64,000 nucleotides of DNA from Dicyema japonicum (lineage: Eukaryota > Animalia > Dicyemida), in NCBI GenBank assembly GCA_011109175.1, contig RDEW01000014.1, forward strand, positions 1,245,749 to 1,309,748, written 5' to 3'. Made by a program: the position numbers and the translations under genes. A model generated the notes under the pieces. The model did not search any database. It was not told the DNA's origin and saw only the letters and a list, made by a program, of their open reading frames with translations. Below, piece after piece: positions 61,341-64,000 of this stretch (position 1 is the stretch's first letter; each line of letters opens with the position of its first letter).

Positions 61341-62309
61341 CATAGAGCCTGCATGGCCAAGTTCCTGCTCCTCGTACGTGTTGCCAGTGCTTTATTTCAT
61401 ATTACTAATGGAATCACACAACGATTGCATCTTTTATGGAAAGTTCTAAGACGAATCTGCTAAGAAATGAGGTTTCAAAATACAGTTTGACGAATTTATA
61501 AAATATTTCAAAAATAACTGTTAAGGAAATCCCTCTAAAAGCAACAACATTGGAAAATGTCGACTTCTTTTGAAACAGTCCAGAGATGCTGGAAACCGAT
61601 TTTATAATAACAGACAAATACGAACAAAATCACATATTGAAATCGACCTTAGAAGTTTAATCGTGTTTTCTTTCAATTCCAGTAATCGCCACTCTGTCTA
61701 GAACACGTATTTTAACAAAAAAAGTAGCCTTATAATAAACGTAGAAACTTCGATTGCCACTAATTCAGCTGAATTCTCCGTATTTTTACCAAGCCAATGT
61801 GTAACGAACTTGATGTTATTTATCACGCAAAGGTGAAAATAATCCGTGGTCATTACCTCGGATGGAATTGTCTCCAGATTCTTCAAGGGTCATTTTGGAT
61901 GTCCTTAGGTGGAAGATAGGGACAAGGGTTATATACATACGCTAGAGCTACCGAAGACTTTGGAGAGTGTGCAAGCTTAGGTAAGAAATGGAACATCGAT
62001 GCCTGGTGATGAGAAAGACTGCATGGAACATCAACCTATGGTAGTCTCTGAATCTGGTGTGTGCAGAGATGTGAACACACCTATACAGGCAATATAGGTT
62101 GGCCCCACAAAGAGAAGATTGAGTTAGACGGGCGGTATAAAATAATTATTTTTACTTATTGATGGTTAATAAATGACTTATATGTTTAAGACAATCAAAT
62201 GCTATACAGTCCGACCCATAAATAGGGAACCAAGTGCCCCAAAATGCGGGGGTATCCCAATAACACGTGTTTATTATTATTTCTAAAATTAAATCTATAA
62301 TTAACATCA

Positions 62310-64000
62310 AATAACATTGAACTTAATAAAGAAAGCGTTATGAGAATGGCACAACTTACAATAATACAAAGGGTTATTTATTATGGTGATCTGGACATTT
62401 AGAGTAGAAAAATCATTCTTTTGAGTATTGTGGCTATTTTTGCAGCAATGTTGATTTCAACTATTGTGCTAATAATTATTAATCCAACTTGTACCGACCA
62501 GAAGGTTACAGATGGTTCCACAACGCAATGATTTACTGCATAGATATCGAATTATTCTTTGATTCCAATGGTGACGTAGTTGGAGACATAAAAGGTATAA
62601 TTCACTTCACACAACCAACGTAGGAATTACAATGAAAGATGAATATCTGAATTCGCTAAAACATCAATGCAATCTGGCTTTTTGTATTTAATACCAAATA
62701 CGTTTTGTAGAATCTGTTGACGGATGACAATGAAACTATAGCAGATGTCATAGAATTATGTCAGAAAATGCATGAACGAGGTGATTATGTTTTATAAAAT
62801 ATCCAGGTATTAGGGTACTTATCTCTTTAAATGTCATAGCGGATAAAATAAATGAAAAGGTCAATCCATTGATAATTTTAGGAAGTAAAGCTAAATAATA
62901 AAGCCTTTTCACGAGAGCCATACTATTTATAGCTCCGCATAGGCAGGCCACACACTTTATTTAAGTAAAGAACAGTTAATTTTAACTAATCGTAGAACCA
63001 AGGCATGATCTTCACTTCTTTTTTTCTTTTTCTTGTGTGAGTGTCCTTATAGGGGGGTGGCTTAGTGGTTACGTGTCGGGCTTAAGTGTCTTAGTCTAGG
63101 GGTTCGAATCTCGCTGCTGTTCACCTTGTGGAAGGTTCCACGCATCTACGATGCAGAAAGGGTTTGACGTGTGACGCCGTCATCAGTGAATACTCACTGC
63201 GGAACTGGATTGTCTAGAAAGGACACTCACACAAGGAAGAAACCTATTAATGAAAATAGGTCATCTGACTTGATGGAGTCATTTTGGAAAAATTAAATCA
63301 AGAATCTTCCAAATCAATACTCGAAGAACTCCGTAATTTGTTGCCTACAGACAAGTTATTGTGATTTTTAGGAATTTTAGAATAATTGGAATGATTGGCG
63401 CGAGCTTATGTAAGATAAAAAATTTATAATTTTTAGATGAATCAAATCTGGATCTAATAATCTGGGACTTTAGTTTTGACCTTTTACATCTAACATATTC
63501 TAAAATGAACGGTACTCTTTTCGACAAAAAACCATACATNATTTATTGCCTACAGACAAGTTATTGTGATTTTTAGGAATTTTAGAATAATTGGATTGAT
63601 TGGCGCGAGCTTATGTAAGATAAAAAATTGATAATTTTTAGATGAATCAAATCTGGATCTAATAATCTGGGACTTTAGTTTTGACCTTTTACATCTAACA
63701 TATTCTAAAATGAACGGTACTCTTTTCGACAAAAAACCATACATTGCTTTAATAGTTATCTATTTTTTTCTATATTAGTCAAATTATTTTATGAACAAAA
63801 GAAGTGTTCTTGAATATTCTATGTTCTTTCAAGGATGGACTATAATAATAAATTATGGGGATGAGCTCGGCTATGGTCATTGTGGCAAAGTCCAACATGT
63901 GATGAGTTGGGATACTTTGAAATTGAACTATGGCTTTAGCGAAAAAGAAAATCTAGATCTTTCAACTAAAACAGAATGTAGTATAACCGGAGTGAATGTG
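62310..64000 (+). pseudogene. SLC3 heavy-subunit-like gene (4F2hc/rBAT, alpha-amylase fold), apparently disrupted; runs off the window
   Basis: TM helix then INPTC; WFHNAMIY..D...FDSNGDVVGDIKG; NINAIWL; HERGIRV; INYGDELG...MSWD....GFS. Apparent frameshifts near 62510 and 62660, a stop near 62930, and a SINE insertion. Confidence 0.7.
63052..63240 (+). mobile_element. tRNA-headed SINE-like element
   Basis: Pol III A-box TGGCTTAGTGG (63058-63068) and B-box GGTTCGAATC (63101-63110); no proper cloverleaf; structured body and A-rich end. Confidence 0.7.

Noticed and set aside
61340-62150. Possible gene or integrase remnant
   Set aside because: Only short interrupted frames with no convincing motif.
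63052-63122. Functional tRNA gene
   Set aside because: A and B boxes are present, but the acceptor and anticodon stems do not pair.

Overview
AT-rich eukaryotic nuclear DNA from a draft short-read assembly (single-n joins, one N-run), most likely a highly derived metazoan parasite. Six host genes sit as small islands: SURF6, WRAP53/TCAB1, SLC44/CTL, MDH1B, SF1/BBP and a probably disrupted SLC3-like gene. Those I reconstructed have only tiny (about 20-26 nt) GT-AG introns, which fits dicyemid-like or myxozoan genomes (inference). Most of the rest is nested, mostly dead transposons: APE-type LINEs (Jockey/I-like with gag ORF1, RTE, Ingi/Vingi-like with 2A peptide), RLE-type LINEs (R4/Dong-like, CRE), hAT-Buster, pogo/Tigger, integrase fragments and a tRNA-headed SINE. 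A ~5 kb inverted segmental duplication (10871-16290 vs 51643-56576) gives filled/empty site pairs. The most notable signal is a mobile ~330-nt non-coding element with a wobble-conserved, HDV-topology but non-canonical pseudoknot and a Vingi-like LINE tail; a related fold caps the full-length 2A-bearing LINE. Also notable: a Trp-to-Phe change in the SF1 U2AF-ligand motif alongside micro-introns, and a tRNA-SINE enclosed by a perfect 17-bp inverted repeat. All structures and alignments were read by eye, not computed.
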